This document shows positions 11,491 to 24,580 of a stretch of 64,000 bases of DNA, one piece after another. Source of the DNA: Octopus bimaculoides (lineage: Eukaryota). The notes under the pieces are model-generated. The model was not told the origin of the DNA, ran no database searches, and saw only the letters and a list, made by a program, of their open reading frames with translations. Location of the stretch: positions 2,270,320 through 2,334,319 of the forward strand of contig NC_068985.1 of NCBI RefSeq assembly GCF_001194135.2. Direction: 5' to 3'. Each line of letters begins with the position of its first letter. Positions within the stretch are counted from its first letter, which is position 1. The translations under genes and the position numbers were made by a program.

Positions 11491-11719
11491 CATGCCTTCA
11501 CAGCAGCACATACAAGTTGCAACAGACAGGGAGACTTGAACAAATCTATGATGGAATTGAGAAGTATAATCGTTAAGAGAATATTGAGAACAAGGCCACA
11601 GGTGAACCTGAAAGCTAAATTCCTCACTCTGAGATCATTACCAATGCTTACTTTTCTCATTGTATCTCTATACATTTCTCAAATCTCAGATAAACAAATA
11701 TTATGCAGAGTAGCTTATT

Positions 11720-12300
11720 CTTAGCAGATTCTTTTGCAGATTGAAAAAATATCCAAGGTACCCCAATTTGGCACAAATTTCAACTGTGCCAAAGCTTATT
11801 CTCTTCTTTGTTATTCCAAAATTGAAATATTTTTACCTACCCAGAAAAATTTGTACCAGTGTTTTCTGTCTGTGGAAGGTCTTTCTGAGGCTCTTCATAA
11901 TACCTTTTCCATACATTATGCATCGATCTATCTTCAATCTATCATCTCTATAATCTCATCAGATCTATATTTCACTGTATCTACATTCATAGCTGCAGCC
12001 CTGAACCATAGACACACTTGCTTGCATCTAAACAGCAAATGGATATCTCATACATACACTCACACACATACAATCAGGCACACAGTTATCTCCCCTATTA
12101 CAGTAGGAAATTGCTTTCACTTCTTCACTACTAGTCATTCTTTTTTTCTTCTAATTATATCTTTTTTACACTCTTCCTCTGTCTAATTTCTGAAGAAGAG
12201 CTAATGTTCGAAATGTCAAAGACATTTGTACTTTTTTACTGTTCGTCACACATCAAACTAATAACAGCTCTAATTTTCACTTTGTTTTCTATATTCTTAT
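11720..12300 (+). pseudogene. Penelope-like element 3' remnant
   Basis: Weak C-terminal GIY-YIG-region similarity (…EGLSEALH), a pyrimidine-rich tail, then a minimal hammerhead at 12187-12220. Confidence 0.45.
12187..12220 (+). ncRNA. Minimal (PLE-type) hammerhead motif, slightly decayed
   Basis: UUU-CUGAAGA-A-GAGC-uaau-GUUC-GAAA-UGU-C-AAA; the expected palindromic ACGU stem III has a C>T change at a CpG. Confidence 0.6.
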
Positions 12301-13569
12301 TTTTGCATATATAAATGTGTGTGTGTATGCATACATACAGGTATGTATATGTGCATGCATGCATAGTTGTGTGTGTGTGTATGTATGTGTGCATGTGTGC
12401 ATGCATGCATGTATGTATTTGGGCGGTGGGGTAGGGTGGGGTGGGGCGCATGTCAGTCTTCTTCTGTGTGTTTGCATGTTTTCTGAGAGGAAAGGATTAG
12501 AAGAAACATCAAAGTAGTGGAATGGAAAAAGCTTCAAAAAAAAAAAAGAAAAAATTGTTTAAATATATAATGCATAAAGATTATCTAATTACAATTAATA
12601 GCCCAGATTTATTTTTAAATCCTTTAGAATTTGATCTCAACAAAGGAAATAAAGACGAATTATATGTTATTTTCTAAATATAAACATAATTATTGAAAAT
12701 AATAAAATTGAATGCAAATTATTTGATAAATGTGTATCCATTGTCTTTAAGAGAACTGAAGTTCCTTTCTAGTGCAGCAACATTCTTTCTGAAATATTTC
12801 ATGCTTCAATTGAAACAAAATTGCATAGACTGGTTGAAAATCATAGGAAAATATCAAAGATTATAAATATAATGGGACAATCTTGATTGCTGTATTATAT
12901 TAATATCCAGTCATTAGACATGTTACCAAATTTGAATGACTTAAGATATTCATAATTTCCTTTGTCTGGGCATATGTACAACTTTGTTGGGGAGAGGGTG
13001 AAGTCATTTGAATCTTTGATAGACTTCTCATTGGTGACTTGTTAAAGGAGCTTAAATAAATATTTGTTCTGATTTATAAGATTCAACTGATAAAAAAATG
13101 TTGTTTATTGCTGTAAAAACACCATTTAATGATTTTGTTTACTGTTTAACCATTCAAGAAAATAAGAATAAGATTTTCCAGAAATTCAAAATGTTATATT
13201 CTTATAGAAAGGAAAAATGTTCCCATTCTGTTCTTTTTTGAGAATGCTGTCATCACTATTTCATCATTTTTTTTTTCTCTGAGTTTGTCTTGCTTCCATG
13301 GATTGGACAGGAATTCCTGAGGCAGTATTCTGCAGATAGATGCCTCTCTCAGCCCAATTCTTACTTGTAGTCGAGTAAGATGCTTTGTTCTAATGGTTTT
13401 TACAGAATGAACTGACAAATAAGACGTAGCGCTTATGGGGTACAGAAGCAGCAAACATCACCATTTGCTAAGCAGTGTTAAGGCAGACCAATGTAAAGAT
13501 ATGATGTAGAAACTAACACACACACACACATACACACACACATCTTGGTGGCTGTAATCACTTGAGGGA

Positions 13570-14105
13570 AGAATCAGCACATTTTAATTACTCTTCCTTT
13601 GAACCACCAGTTACCTCTTCTCCCTGGAACCACTTCCATCCCTTTATCTCCCTTTACCCTCCAGCCTTCACCCACTCCCTTTACATCAACCACTTCCCCT
13701 CAGTTTCTTCAGTTCCCCCTCCCCTTCTCTCTCTCTCTCTCTCATTCTCTCCTCCATTTTAACACTTCACATATCTGCTATCTTTTCCAGTAGCCTCTCA
13801 TGTTTGTCATCATTCTTCCCCCCCCACCACCACCACCACCATCTCTGCAGCCACCTTCATCTACCCTGACACCTCCCTTCTTGCTGTACCTACACCTTAC
13901 CCATCGTCCCTCTCACCTCCTCATCTACCCTTCCAGAGCCACTGCTGTCTCTCTCACCTTATCCCTCCTCCATACTGACATTTCCCATCACCCACACCCC
14001 CACCCTTGTCCATCACTCATTACTTTCACCCCTACCCTCATCCCCAATTATCTCTTACTCTCTCCTCCCACGACCCTCCCTTATGCTCATCTTCTTCTAT
14101 CTTGA
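13570..14105 (+). mobile_element. Pyrimidine-rich tract resembling a Penelope-like 3' UTR
   Basis: C/T-rich composition similar to the tail of the PLE at 34700-35480; no coding motif recovered. Confidence 0.3.
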
Positions 14106-17100
14106 CTGTTTGCTTTGGAACTGAACCTGGAACCACGTGGTTGGGAAACAAGCTTCTCACCACACAACCATGCCTGCACCTATATCTTCTGCTATATATT
14201 TGTGAAAAGGGCAGATGTTGTCTCACAAGCATTTGTGTAGGCAAAAGGGTTAGTAAATGTAGCCAGATTGACCGGAACATTTGCACACCTATGTTAAAAG
14301 TGCTGGGGAGTTTGCATGGCAACGTTGAGTTTGCTCAATTGAAAGGCATGGCCTCTAGGGAAAAATTCCTCATTGTTAAAATGCCGTAAAATATATGCAG
14401 TAATATATGTGGAAGATCCTGAACAGTCTAGTGCCAAACTTTGGGATTGAAAGCTATCCTTATCCTGGAACTAGATGCCATTGTATAGTGCTAAAGATCC
14501 CACCTTCTCTGTCTAGAGTAGGAATCTAATACTGGAACTGTTTCGATTTTCAAGGGCCCACAACATATCAGTGTCTTGCCCAGAAACACAAAGATCTATG
14601 AGATGTAGATGGGAACACATTTAAAAAATTCTTTGATAGATTTTTATCTGAGATGTCAGAGGAGTCTAGAATGATAGCAAGAAAGAGAAATGAGGTGGGG
14701 TTGCATTGTCCAATTCCTTCTTTCAACAAAACCAAACACACAAAGAAGGCCGTCATAATGAAATGGAATAAAATAAACATTAACACCAATAATGGTGCCC
14801 TAGCATGGCCACAACCTCAGACTGAAGCAAGTAAAAGATATACACACTCGCAAACACATATGTTATAAACACAAACACAAACAGATCTACTGGAACACTC
14901 GTTGTCATAACAGATGGAATGTCAGCATTACTACGCCTGCTATGTTGATGTAGGCAAACCTGATGAATGCAAGGGAGCATCTAGTGGGATTCCACCCCTG
15001 CCCCTGTCCTGACACTCTGAACAGACACCTGTCAGTAGGTGAATTAGTTACAGTTTAATGTATTCAAATATCTTGATAAGGAGATACTTAAATGGAAATA
15101 GTTTTCTTTTGCTAAGATTCTTGCTTTTTATAAATTATTTTCTAATTTATTGCATTTATTACGAAATGTTAAAATTAATTTCTTTTGACAGGGTTCAAGG
15201 CCAAGTTTTATAGAAAAGGGTTATATCTAATCCCAGCCCAATAAATATTTATTTTATTGACTGAAGAGGATTAAAACAGTGAAATCAACTTCAGTAAAAT
15301 TTGAAATTAAAATCTAATGAGATGGAATTGAATATTTTTTCTGTCAATTTGTCACCTTCACAAATGATAAAATTGATCTTTTCATTTCATTTCAATTTAA
15401 TTCATTTGTATTAATTACCTTACTTCCTATGTTCACAAGCTAATAAACTATGCAACACTTTCAATCTTAATCCCTTTTCTACATTTGGATATAAAACTTA
15501 AAAAACGCCATACATTATTTTCAATGATTTTTAGGCTGGTTGAGTGAAAGCCGAGGTAGATTTGACTGTTATTTCTAGCACATGGCACCCCTGTATAATT
15601 TACTCTACATGTCAAAATATTCAGAGTTGTTCTCAACAGAGATATTGTATGTTTGGATCTCTAAGAATCACGCCAGATATTTGACTGACAACCTATGGGC
15701 CATAGGTTTGTTTAAGAGGCTTCACATGAGCTATCAGATTCCCAAAGACAACGCCATCTGACAGAACAGAAATCACAATGTTCAGCTTTATACATCAGTT
15801 CTATCAAATATAAATGAGTGAAAACATGAAATCACATACTATACATTTCATAGTTATTGGAAATGTAATCCAAATCCTGTCTAGGCTACCATAAATGCTT
15901 ATAATATAGCGTACAGACATCCATTTAATACATTTACAATAATCCCATATATATTGATAGTTTGAATGTTGTTATAGTTAATGTATTTCACTAATATCAT
16001 TGCCCTTAATTAAAGTTATTTTTAGTAAATAGTAATGTCTTTTCAAAATATTTGCCTATTTAAAAAAAGAAAAAAATGTGAGAGTAAAATAATACTCTGA
16101 TAAAAAATTAAATTATTACAAACTGGAATAAAATTTAAGATTGTTTACTGGTATTAACATATATATTTTCGCCTAGGATTGTACTGCGGTCTTCAAGTTG
16201 ACAGTAGACTGAGTTAAAGAAATTCACACTGTAACTAATGTATTCATCATCATCATCATCATTTAACGTTCATTTTCCGTGTTGGTATGGGTTGGAAGCT
16301 TTGACAGGAGCTGGCCAGCCAACAAGCTGCACCAGGCTACAGTCATCTGCTTTGGCATGGTTTCTACAACTGGATGCCCCTCCTAATGCCAACCACTTCA
16401 CAGAGTATTCTGGGTGCTCTCTACATGGCACCAACGCTTGTGCTTAATGTCAAAGTGAGGTTATCATTCACAGATGTAGACTTCTCTTTTCTGCACCAAA
16501 GACTGAAAACAGAATGAAAGTTCAAACGTTCAGAACACTAATATTAACAGGAATAAGGCCCCCAACAGTTCTGTAGGAATTTATTTGGTCTAGGATTTGC
16601 CAATATTACTGGCAGAAACGTTAGCATGCCGGGTGGAATGCTTAGCGGTATTTCATCTGTCTTTACATTCTGAGTTCAAATTCTGGGGTTGACTTTGCCT
16701 TTCATCCTTTTGGGGATAATAAACTAAGTACCAGTTGTGTACTAGGGTCGATCTAATCGACTGGCCCCCTCCCCAGAAATTTCAGGCCTTGTGCTGAGTA
16801 GAAAAGAATATTAATCAAATGTTCTGAAATGACCAAATAAATCCGAAAGAATTTCCTCTAAATTTCTCAGGTGGATTGAACCTGAAACCATGTGGTTGAG
16901 AAGCAAGCTTTTTTTACCACACTGCCACACCTTGATAGATTCTTTTGAAGAAGCAAGATAAAAAGCAAGAATATGGCTGATCTTCTTTACCATTTTAACC
17001 TCTTGGTGAACATAAAACACCCCAGGCTTATTAACCCTTCTACCAACCTCATCCAGTGTTTGTGTGTTTACATCCCAAACATCTTTTGTCAGCTCCATAT

Positions 17101-17169
17101 TTCTGAAGCTATATTCAACTTGGTATGTCACTCTTCTTTACATGTAATTAGATATTATTTGTCCTGTAT

Positions 17170-19190
17170 TCACAATGAAGAATGTAACACCCTAACCCTT
17201 ATCAGAACCATCCTCTTTGAGATCTATGTCTCTTTAGTGTCAGCTGACCCTAGAGGCCTCAGTGCTAATCATTTGAAAATTGTCAAGCAGGACCTCAGTC
17301 ACGTGTCTGAATTAAGCATTAGTCATCATCCAACAGGAGATGGTCACCTGCACTTCATATGATTCTTAAGATTATAATCAGGTGTTCAGCAACAGAACCA
17401 TTCCTGGTAATACTTCACAGATACTTCACTTGCAAAAGTTTTCTTTATCTCTCAATGGTGCACAATTCTTCTTCAAAACTGACCTTTCCTGGTCATTCAA
17501 CCTAAATCCTTATGACAACCAATAGGAAAAAAAAAAGAATGGCAATTATTATATTCTTCAGACTTTTGGAGTTTTTCCAAATATCATTTGGCCTATGTAA
17601 GGGAAGACCAACTTCCAAGTAATTTATTGGTAACATCAGTCAAAGATTACCTTTTCACTACATTTACCTTGATGCTTTATTAATTACCAGACCATCCGAG
17701 GACAAACATAAAGAATATCTTCATTCATTTTCTGAAAGACTCACCACAAATTAATCATCAATGCCAGAAAGTTTGTGTCTGAAAGAACTCAACTGTTTCA
17801 CAAAAACCAAAGTGATGTTGGTTGAGACTGTCTACCTTATTCATCCCAGAAGTGACACACCATTCTCCTTGTGAGTAATGGATGTTATTGGACATGGGCC
17901 TTCAAGCTTTAACCAATATTTAGCAGATGATGGTGTTTGCCAGCCACTTCCTTTCTATACAAACTACAAATTTCTTGTATTCCAGACCTGACAGTCATTT
18001 ATCAAAAAGTTTTTGTCGTCTTAACTACATCTCTCAGTATTCCACAGACATTTGCCATATCAAACACGTTGATAACACTGCAGCAGACACATGCTTTTAG
18101 ATGTGCTACACACATCTATCTTCATTGATTTTGAGGTTACACTTGATCAAGAGTAACATAACCTTCATGACTCCAACATTTCCCCTTGTCTTCTAACCTT
18201 TCATCTTGTTCCTTTTCTTTCTGTAACAGGACATATAAGATGTGACATTCCTACTGATCATAAATACCCTTCTATACCTCAGAATATCCTTATATATCTC
18301 ACAACACCCTCATATATTACAGAGTACCCTTATATACCACAAAGGTATCATCTCACAGTTTCCCTGCATTTCATCGTTTGTCATACTACGGCACTAACTT
18401 GACACCAAAGTTGAAATCAGCTCACATTCTTTGGATTGGTATCAACAGAAGCCAGGAACTGCATCAACTCACCAATTGACACTTTCTAATAACTGATCCC
18501 TGTTTCAACCGTTTACATATCGATATTGCGGAACCACTGACTCCTTCTCGTGATTACGCCTACTTACTGATTTGTATCAACCAATTTTCCAGATGACCTG
18601 AACACAGTGGAATCAGTTGCCAAACCTTTCATGCATCACTGCATTTCTTGGCATGGTATGTTTGTCATCATACAAATGATTCAACAGACATGTTAGTTCA
18701 AATCCAAATTTTTCACTGAAATTACTCATCTCAGGGTTGTGGGGGGGGGGGTACACTACCCCGTTGCTATCTTGCAACAAATGATATGATTTGGATGTTT
18801 GCATTGGAAACTGAAGTCAGCTCTGAAGGTTTACTCTGATCACAATAATTGGTTGTTCTCTTGCATATGCACTTCACTGTTAAAAAAGGGAATTTGATGT
18901 ACATCAGCTAAGCTAGTTTATGGTAGTATTCTGGTGTTAACAGATCAGATAGATACCACTTTCCTCTCAGGATATTTCAAAACTCACAAACTATGTACAT
19001 TGTTTGATTCCAGCCAGTCCCCACCCATATACTGGTCTATATCTACCCATGACTAAATATCTACCCTAGAAATCCTATTTAGGTAGCACAACAAAGTGCC
19101 ACATTGGACTCCAGAACAGTTTATATTTGATGCAAAAAGAAATCTGTGGGAAAAGATCAGTAGAATCAGACTCATTTTCATAACTAGTAC
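17170..19190 (+). pseudogene. Ty3/Gypsy LTR-retrotransposon pol remnant (RT, RNase H, integrase)
   Basis: Frameshifted translations: WSPALHM (WSSPLHM), RTIPG..LHLQKFSLSLNGAQFF.KTDL, LLEFFQISFGL, HYIYLDALLI (YIDD), LNYISQYSTDICHIKHVDNTAAD (RNase H), RLHIDIAEPLTPSRDYAYLLICINQFSR*PE and LHWKLKSALK (integrase). Confidence 0.85.
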
Positions 19191-19234
19191 ATCAACATCA
19201 ACATCAACATCAAAATGAAATGGAAATTGTAGTT

Positions 19235-19560
19235 GGGATCCCCGTGCTGGTGGCACGTAAAAAGCACCATCTGAACGTAGCTGATGCCAGTGCCGCTTTG
19301 ACTGGCTTCCATACTGGTGGCACATAAAAAGCACCATCAGATTGTGGTCGATGCCAGCTCCTGTGGCCCCTGTGCCGGTGGCACATAAAAAGCACTCACT
19401 ACACTCTCGGAGAGGTTGGCATTAGGAAGGGTATCCAGCTGTAGAAACACTGCCAGATTAGACTGGAGCCTGGTGCAGCCTCCTGGCTTCCCAGACCCCG
19501 GTTGATCCGTCCAACCCATGTCATCATGGAAAACGGACGTTAAATGATGATGATGTTGAT
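19235..19560 (+). mobile_element. RTE 3'-tail element with repeated GGCAC(G/A)TAAAAAGCAC modules
   Basis: Three modules followed by the conserved tail and (GAT)n. Confidence 0.75.
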
Positions 19561-20854
19561 CATCATCATCATCATCGCTTGAATCAACATCTTATCAAGC
19601 TTGTTCAGTTCCATCAATTTATCTTTCTGCCACTATTTCTAATTCTTTCCCATCTTTGCCAGTTGTCAAAACAATGTCTGGACATTGTGTCCACTAAGCT
19701 GCTCATTGCATGCCAGTCCTTACTTAAGACATCATCTATACACTGACCAATGGGGCATAACTTTCAACACACCAATATCCAATGGTCACTCCTGTGGACT
19801 AACCTTCTGGAATGGTACTAATGTAGCAGCAAACGTAACAGTGAACATTTAAGAGTGTTATGTGATTGGTTAATTCCAGCCAAACAGACAGTTTCCTTTT
19901 TGGCTTGAATTGTTCTTTCATATTGGTCATTTGAGCTGACTGGCCATTATAAAAGTCAATACTTTTTGCTAATAACCAGAGAATATTAATAATATCTACA
20001 TCAGTCTCCATCATTCAGGGCAGAATGCTGTCAGACACACTGACATTAACACAAACATACACATTAAAAACAAAAACAAAAAGAGTATATTTTTCATACT
20101 TACTGACATTCACATAAATTATGAAAGAATATATATTTTTTATACTTATTAATACCGACACATTGTGACAACTCACTCAGACCATTTTATGCTCACATCA
20201 ATTGATGTATGAAATATTGTCTAGAATTTTTCTTCAATTATTTCATGTTAATTGTCTCATGAACAGTTGTATTCATATGAACTCTGTCACATTCTTGTGA
20301 ATATGAACTATGCCTCATACAGATATTATTTCTAGGATATTTTGCTGTTAAATGTCATAAACCAAAATTTTGGTATATTTTCGGCACTCAGCACTACAGT
20401 CAGTTCCTGTGTGAACTATTTTTGTTCTGTAGTATATTACGTACCATCTATTTTAGAAATTCTTCTTCAGTTGGATTCACTGTGGGCTTCTATATTCTTT
20501 GCAACAGAATTAATTGACTCTTAATGCATGGCTTGTTTTTATTATTATCTCTTCTTATCTCTGAAATTATCACTTTTCATTTATGTAACAATTGGTGACT
20601 TATTCACGTTACAGAGCACATGAAATAACTAAAATGGCCATCTCGTTTGTTTTTAATACTCTTCATCTAAACAAACCGACACCTTCATAGGCAAAGTAAT
20701 TTCTCAAGTATGGGGTTTCAGGATTCTTCAGTCTGTTCCTAACATTTTTTTTATCATTGGTAAATCAGAAACAGAATAATGACAAAAACAACAAAATCAT
20801 TAATAAATTGAAAATAATAACATTGTAGCCTTCTATATTTTGTCCTTAATGTAT

Positions 20855-21080
20855 ATTTTTTTTTATTGCCCACAGGGGGCTAAACATAGAGGGGACAAAC
20901 AAAGGGTTTAAGTCAATTACACCGACTCCAGTGCGTAACTGGTACTTATTTAATCGACCCCGAAAGGATGAAAGGCAAAGTCAACCTCGGTGGAGTTTGA
21001 AGTCAGAACATAACGGCAGACAAAGTACCGCTAAGCATTTCGCCCGGCGTGCTAACGTTTCTGCCAGCTCGCCGCCCTAA
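20855..21080 (-). mobile_element. tRNA-derived SINE family B (young, CpG-rich copy)
   Basis: Minus strand reads GGCGGCGAGCTGGCAGAAACGTTAGCACGCCGGGCGAAATGCTTAGCGG...TTTCATCCTTTCGGGGTCGATTAAATAAGTACCAG. Other copies: 10480-10640(+), 16605-16810(+), 28290-28445(-), 30325-30530(-), 30555-30765(-), 41460-41680(-), 50150-50345(-), 52445-52630(+), 56060-56260(-). Confidence 0.75.
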
Positions 21081-22433
21081 ATGGATATTCACTGTTGATA
21101 AGTGATGGACATGCTGTGATAAATTCACAACAAATATTGGAGGAAGAAGAAAAATTATCCATCAGCAACCAGCAAGAACACCAGATGCATTCCAACCCTT
21201 TTGGACTCCTTCAATGATGTGGACTCTCAACCAGTCACATGTCTGAATTCAAATTTGTCACACACATTCCTGATTATTTTGGCAAACAATTTTTGAATGA
21301 ATTTCATTTAATTTAATGTTATTTTATAATTATGCAGTTATACACGTGGGGATGTTTATTTCTCAGTGAAACAGCTGTTGGGTACAATCACAGAATGAGC
21401 AATTTGTGAATTGATCATACGTTAAGTATGATACAAAGATGGCTGTCTTAATTTAAAACCACCTCAACTGAATATGCACAGTTTTTTTTTTCTTCAGCAG
21501 TGGTGAGTGGTTACTCACAACACCAGTGAATGCTTTATTCACTGTTTCTTATGTCAGAAGCAATGAATTCTCATCCAGACATGTAACTGGCTGCAAATAC
21601 AGGTCATTGACAAAGATCAAAAGGTCTAAAGTACATTCTGGCTGACCACTGTTGGGCTGGTTTTTAGTCTCCCTCAATATTTATTCTGTTTTTTAACTCA
21701 GTACATCAATAAGAGATACTATCTCAGGACAAATACCACAGAAACTAGCCTATCAAAATTCTCTCTTCATTGCTTTCTGTATTCACAGGTCTTCTGCTTT
21801 CAGGCTCCATTTTCCACATCCATTCAGCATCACAGTTCATACACAACCACCATACAATCCACCTTTCACTCTGAGAGAGAGAGAGAAACCATTTGTTGCC
21901 AGCCTATGTAGTTTCTATCTTTTGCACATCCACCTCTTAATTCAGTCATGAAGATCACAAAAACTCTTGACTATTCCCTGGTTATCTTCTGGACATTTGA
22001 AAGAATCTATTTCCTGTGTAACTCTCTTAGAGCTTATTCTCACTGTGCATCAATCACATACAAACCTGTTTTCCCTGTTCCACTGCCACCACCACACCTC
22101 TTGTTCATGCATGGTTCACAGTGAATGCAATCTAAGGCTTCTCTTCTTATCCATTGTTTTCTTACTAAGCAATATGATTTCTCTGGTGGTAGTAGATTCC
22201 GGTCTGATTTTATTCTCGTTAATACTATGACTTTGCTAATGCTGGGATTTCTTGCATATAGGTTTTGCTGCCATGTATGGAATTTCCTCTCTACAACAAA
22301 TATAGCTATGAAAACCAAATCACAAGCTTCATATAACAGTTATCACAAACAGCCAGTCTTAAACACCCCTGTTATTTACATTATTTACATTATTTACATT
22401 TGACAGATATTTGTCCTCATCTTGTTTGTTGTT

Positions 22434-22479
22434 AACACAACATTTCGGCTGATATACCTTCCAGCCTTCATCAGGTGTC
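22434..22479 (-). ncRNA. Minimal hammerhead motif
   Basis: GACAC-CUGAUGA-A-GGCUG-gaagguauau-CAGCC-GAAA-UGU-U-GUGUU. Stems I and II pair; stem III ACGU has become AUGU. Confidence 0.7.
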
Positions 22480-22534
22480 TTGGTGAAATTTCGAACCTGG
22501 GTTCTCATTCCTAAGGTAATTTTCAATGTTGTTG

Positions 22535-22600
<66 letters not shown>

Positions 22601-22705
22601 TCACTGCCTAGAATTGAACTGCCTGGAATCGAACTCGGAATCTTGGGGTTAGTAGCCTGTACTCTTAACCACTACACCATATGCCCAGGTTTTAAATTTC
22701 CCAAA

Positions 22706-22751
22706 GACACCTGATGAAGGCTGGAGGGTATATCAGCCAAAACATTGTGTT
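22706..22751 (+). ncRNA. Minimal hammerhead motif, inactivated copy
   Basis: GACAC-CUGAUGA-A-GGCUG...CAGCC-AAAA-CAU-U-GUGUU, with G>A changes at core G12 and in stem III (CpG decay). Confidence 0.55.
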
Positions 22752-22899
22752 AACAACAAACAAGATGAGGACAAATATCCATCAAATGTAAATAATGTGA
22801 ATAATGTAAATAATGTACATAATTCCTTATCTCTTAAATATAGAACTGTATTATCCCTGTTACTGCCTAAAAGATAATAATACATGAAATTATGAGTAT

Positions 22900-23620
22900 G
22901 AGAAGTTCTTTTGGCCCCCTACCTGCAAGTTAAATTCCTCACTGTACCCATTGCTGGTTCTCATTTTGTTGACTGTACTTCTGTACATAATCTGAACAGC
23001 TCACACAAGCTATTTGTCTGCCCCAAAGTTCCTAAGTAACCACCAAATCCTGTAGGGAGATACAAAGCCTTCTCCAGAATGAATTCTAACGAGACAGAGC
23101 AGGCTTCTTCAAAATAACCACTTTCTCTGCAGTTGTCATGCAAGGATCATGACATCGGCAGTGTGCTTCCTGGTACAAGGTTGAAATTGTATCTCACCAG
23201 CATAATTCTCATTCTAATTAATTGAAGTATAACCCTTTCTTTGACTTTCATAAAATGATGCAATAATTATATACTTCTACAATTTCCTCCTCCTCAAGCA
23301 TCTCTTTTGCTCCTGAAACAGTTGACGATGTTTCTCTGCCAGTGATTGGGAATAGAACATTCCCGCACTGCCTGATTGACTGGGGAGGGGGTGGATTATC
23401 CTCATCTCTACTCCACCAAAGTATCTCAGAAGTAATTCCTGATGGGATGTGTGCTTTCACTGCCTAAATTGCTCTGTCATGCTGCTGACAACAGTTTGGT
23501 TCCTCTGAAAAATTCTATGCTGAGAAGATTCCCATTTTACCAATGCATTCCTTTCATTCAACAAAATCTTGTAACAGCACTTTGATATTTCTTCCTTTTT
23601 AATATCAGTGAACCATGACC
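22900..23620 (-). pseudogene. Possible LTR-retrotransposon integrase C-terminal remnant
   Basis: Minus-strand PNCCQQHDRAI*AVKA resembles P-x-SNGQAERAIQTVK; heavily decayed. Confidence 0.3.
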
Positions 23621-24499
23621 ATGGTAAGTATGTTGTTATCCTTTCAGTGGCACATGTGCCATTATCATTACACACACACACAAACTTCTCCCCAGTGATA
23701 TCTCAATATTCACTGGTACACTGGGTTCAAATTTCATTGAAAAATCTTTGCTTAACTGGAATCCATTAAAAAACACTTTCCAAGATGCCATATTGTGAAT
23801 TACAGACCCCATGGCTGAGAAGTGAACTTAACCATTCTGCTCTGTCCACACCTTGTGCTGTTATGCTTTTGTGGGTTATTGTATTAAAGCAGCTCATCTT
23901 TGATGCCAAATATTTATTGTTTGTCTCTAAACAATGACTTCTTTCCTATTGGCAGGGGAAGATGATTATAAGAATGACAAATTGTTCCTCTCAAAACAGA
24001 AACATCTTTTCAGAAATGAAAAGTAATTTTTCTTTCCTTTTCTTTTTAAAAAATAATCCTTTTCCAAGCAATTTCTCATGCAACTCTTATTGTTGCTGTT
24101 GTTCTTGCAGTCAATTTTCTCTGTTGATGCTGCTGTTATTGTCGTCATCAGTGGTGCTGGCAGTGGTTGCTATGGTGGTGCTGGTGCTGGTGGTGGTGAT
24201 TATATCGCTGTTGTTTTTAAGACTTTTTTTAAATACATAAATATATAAAATGCAAATCCAAACACTTGAAAGAAAATAAAAATTGCAACTTTTCTTAGAG
24301 TTTTATTGCCATTTCTTTTCTTTTCTTTTTTCTTTTTTTTTTCTTTTGTTTTCATTTGAATAATTTCCTTTATTTTGTATTTTGATATCTTTACTTACCT
24401 TTTGTTTATTATTCTTTTCACCTAAAGAAAATACATCCATCTCAGTGAGGTCCATCACTGTAAAAAGATATTATGAGCAAGATATATACATACATATAC

Positions 24500-24580
<81 letters not shown>

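Larger units (their letters stand above)
22372..22850 (-). mobile_element. tRNA-headed, hammerhead-bearing fold-back element
   Basis: Arms 22372-22501 and 22684-22813 are inverted. The centre holds (ATT)n and a minus-strand tRNA-like head (GGGCATATGGTGTAGTGGTTAAG...GAGTTCGATTCC, A and B boxes). Confidence 0.8.

Noticed and set aside
14955-14990. Hammerhead candidate CTGATGA-ATGC-aaggga-GCAT
   Set aside because: A stem II-like hairpin is present, but it is followed by CTAG rather than GAAA and there are no stems I or III.
22615-22686. Functional tRNA gene
   Set aside because: A and B boxes are present but there is no proper acceptor stem, and it is embedded in a repeat; treated as a SINE head.
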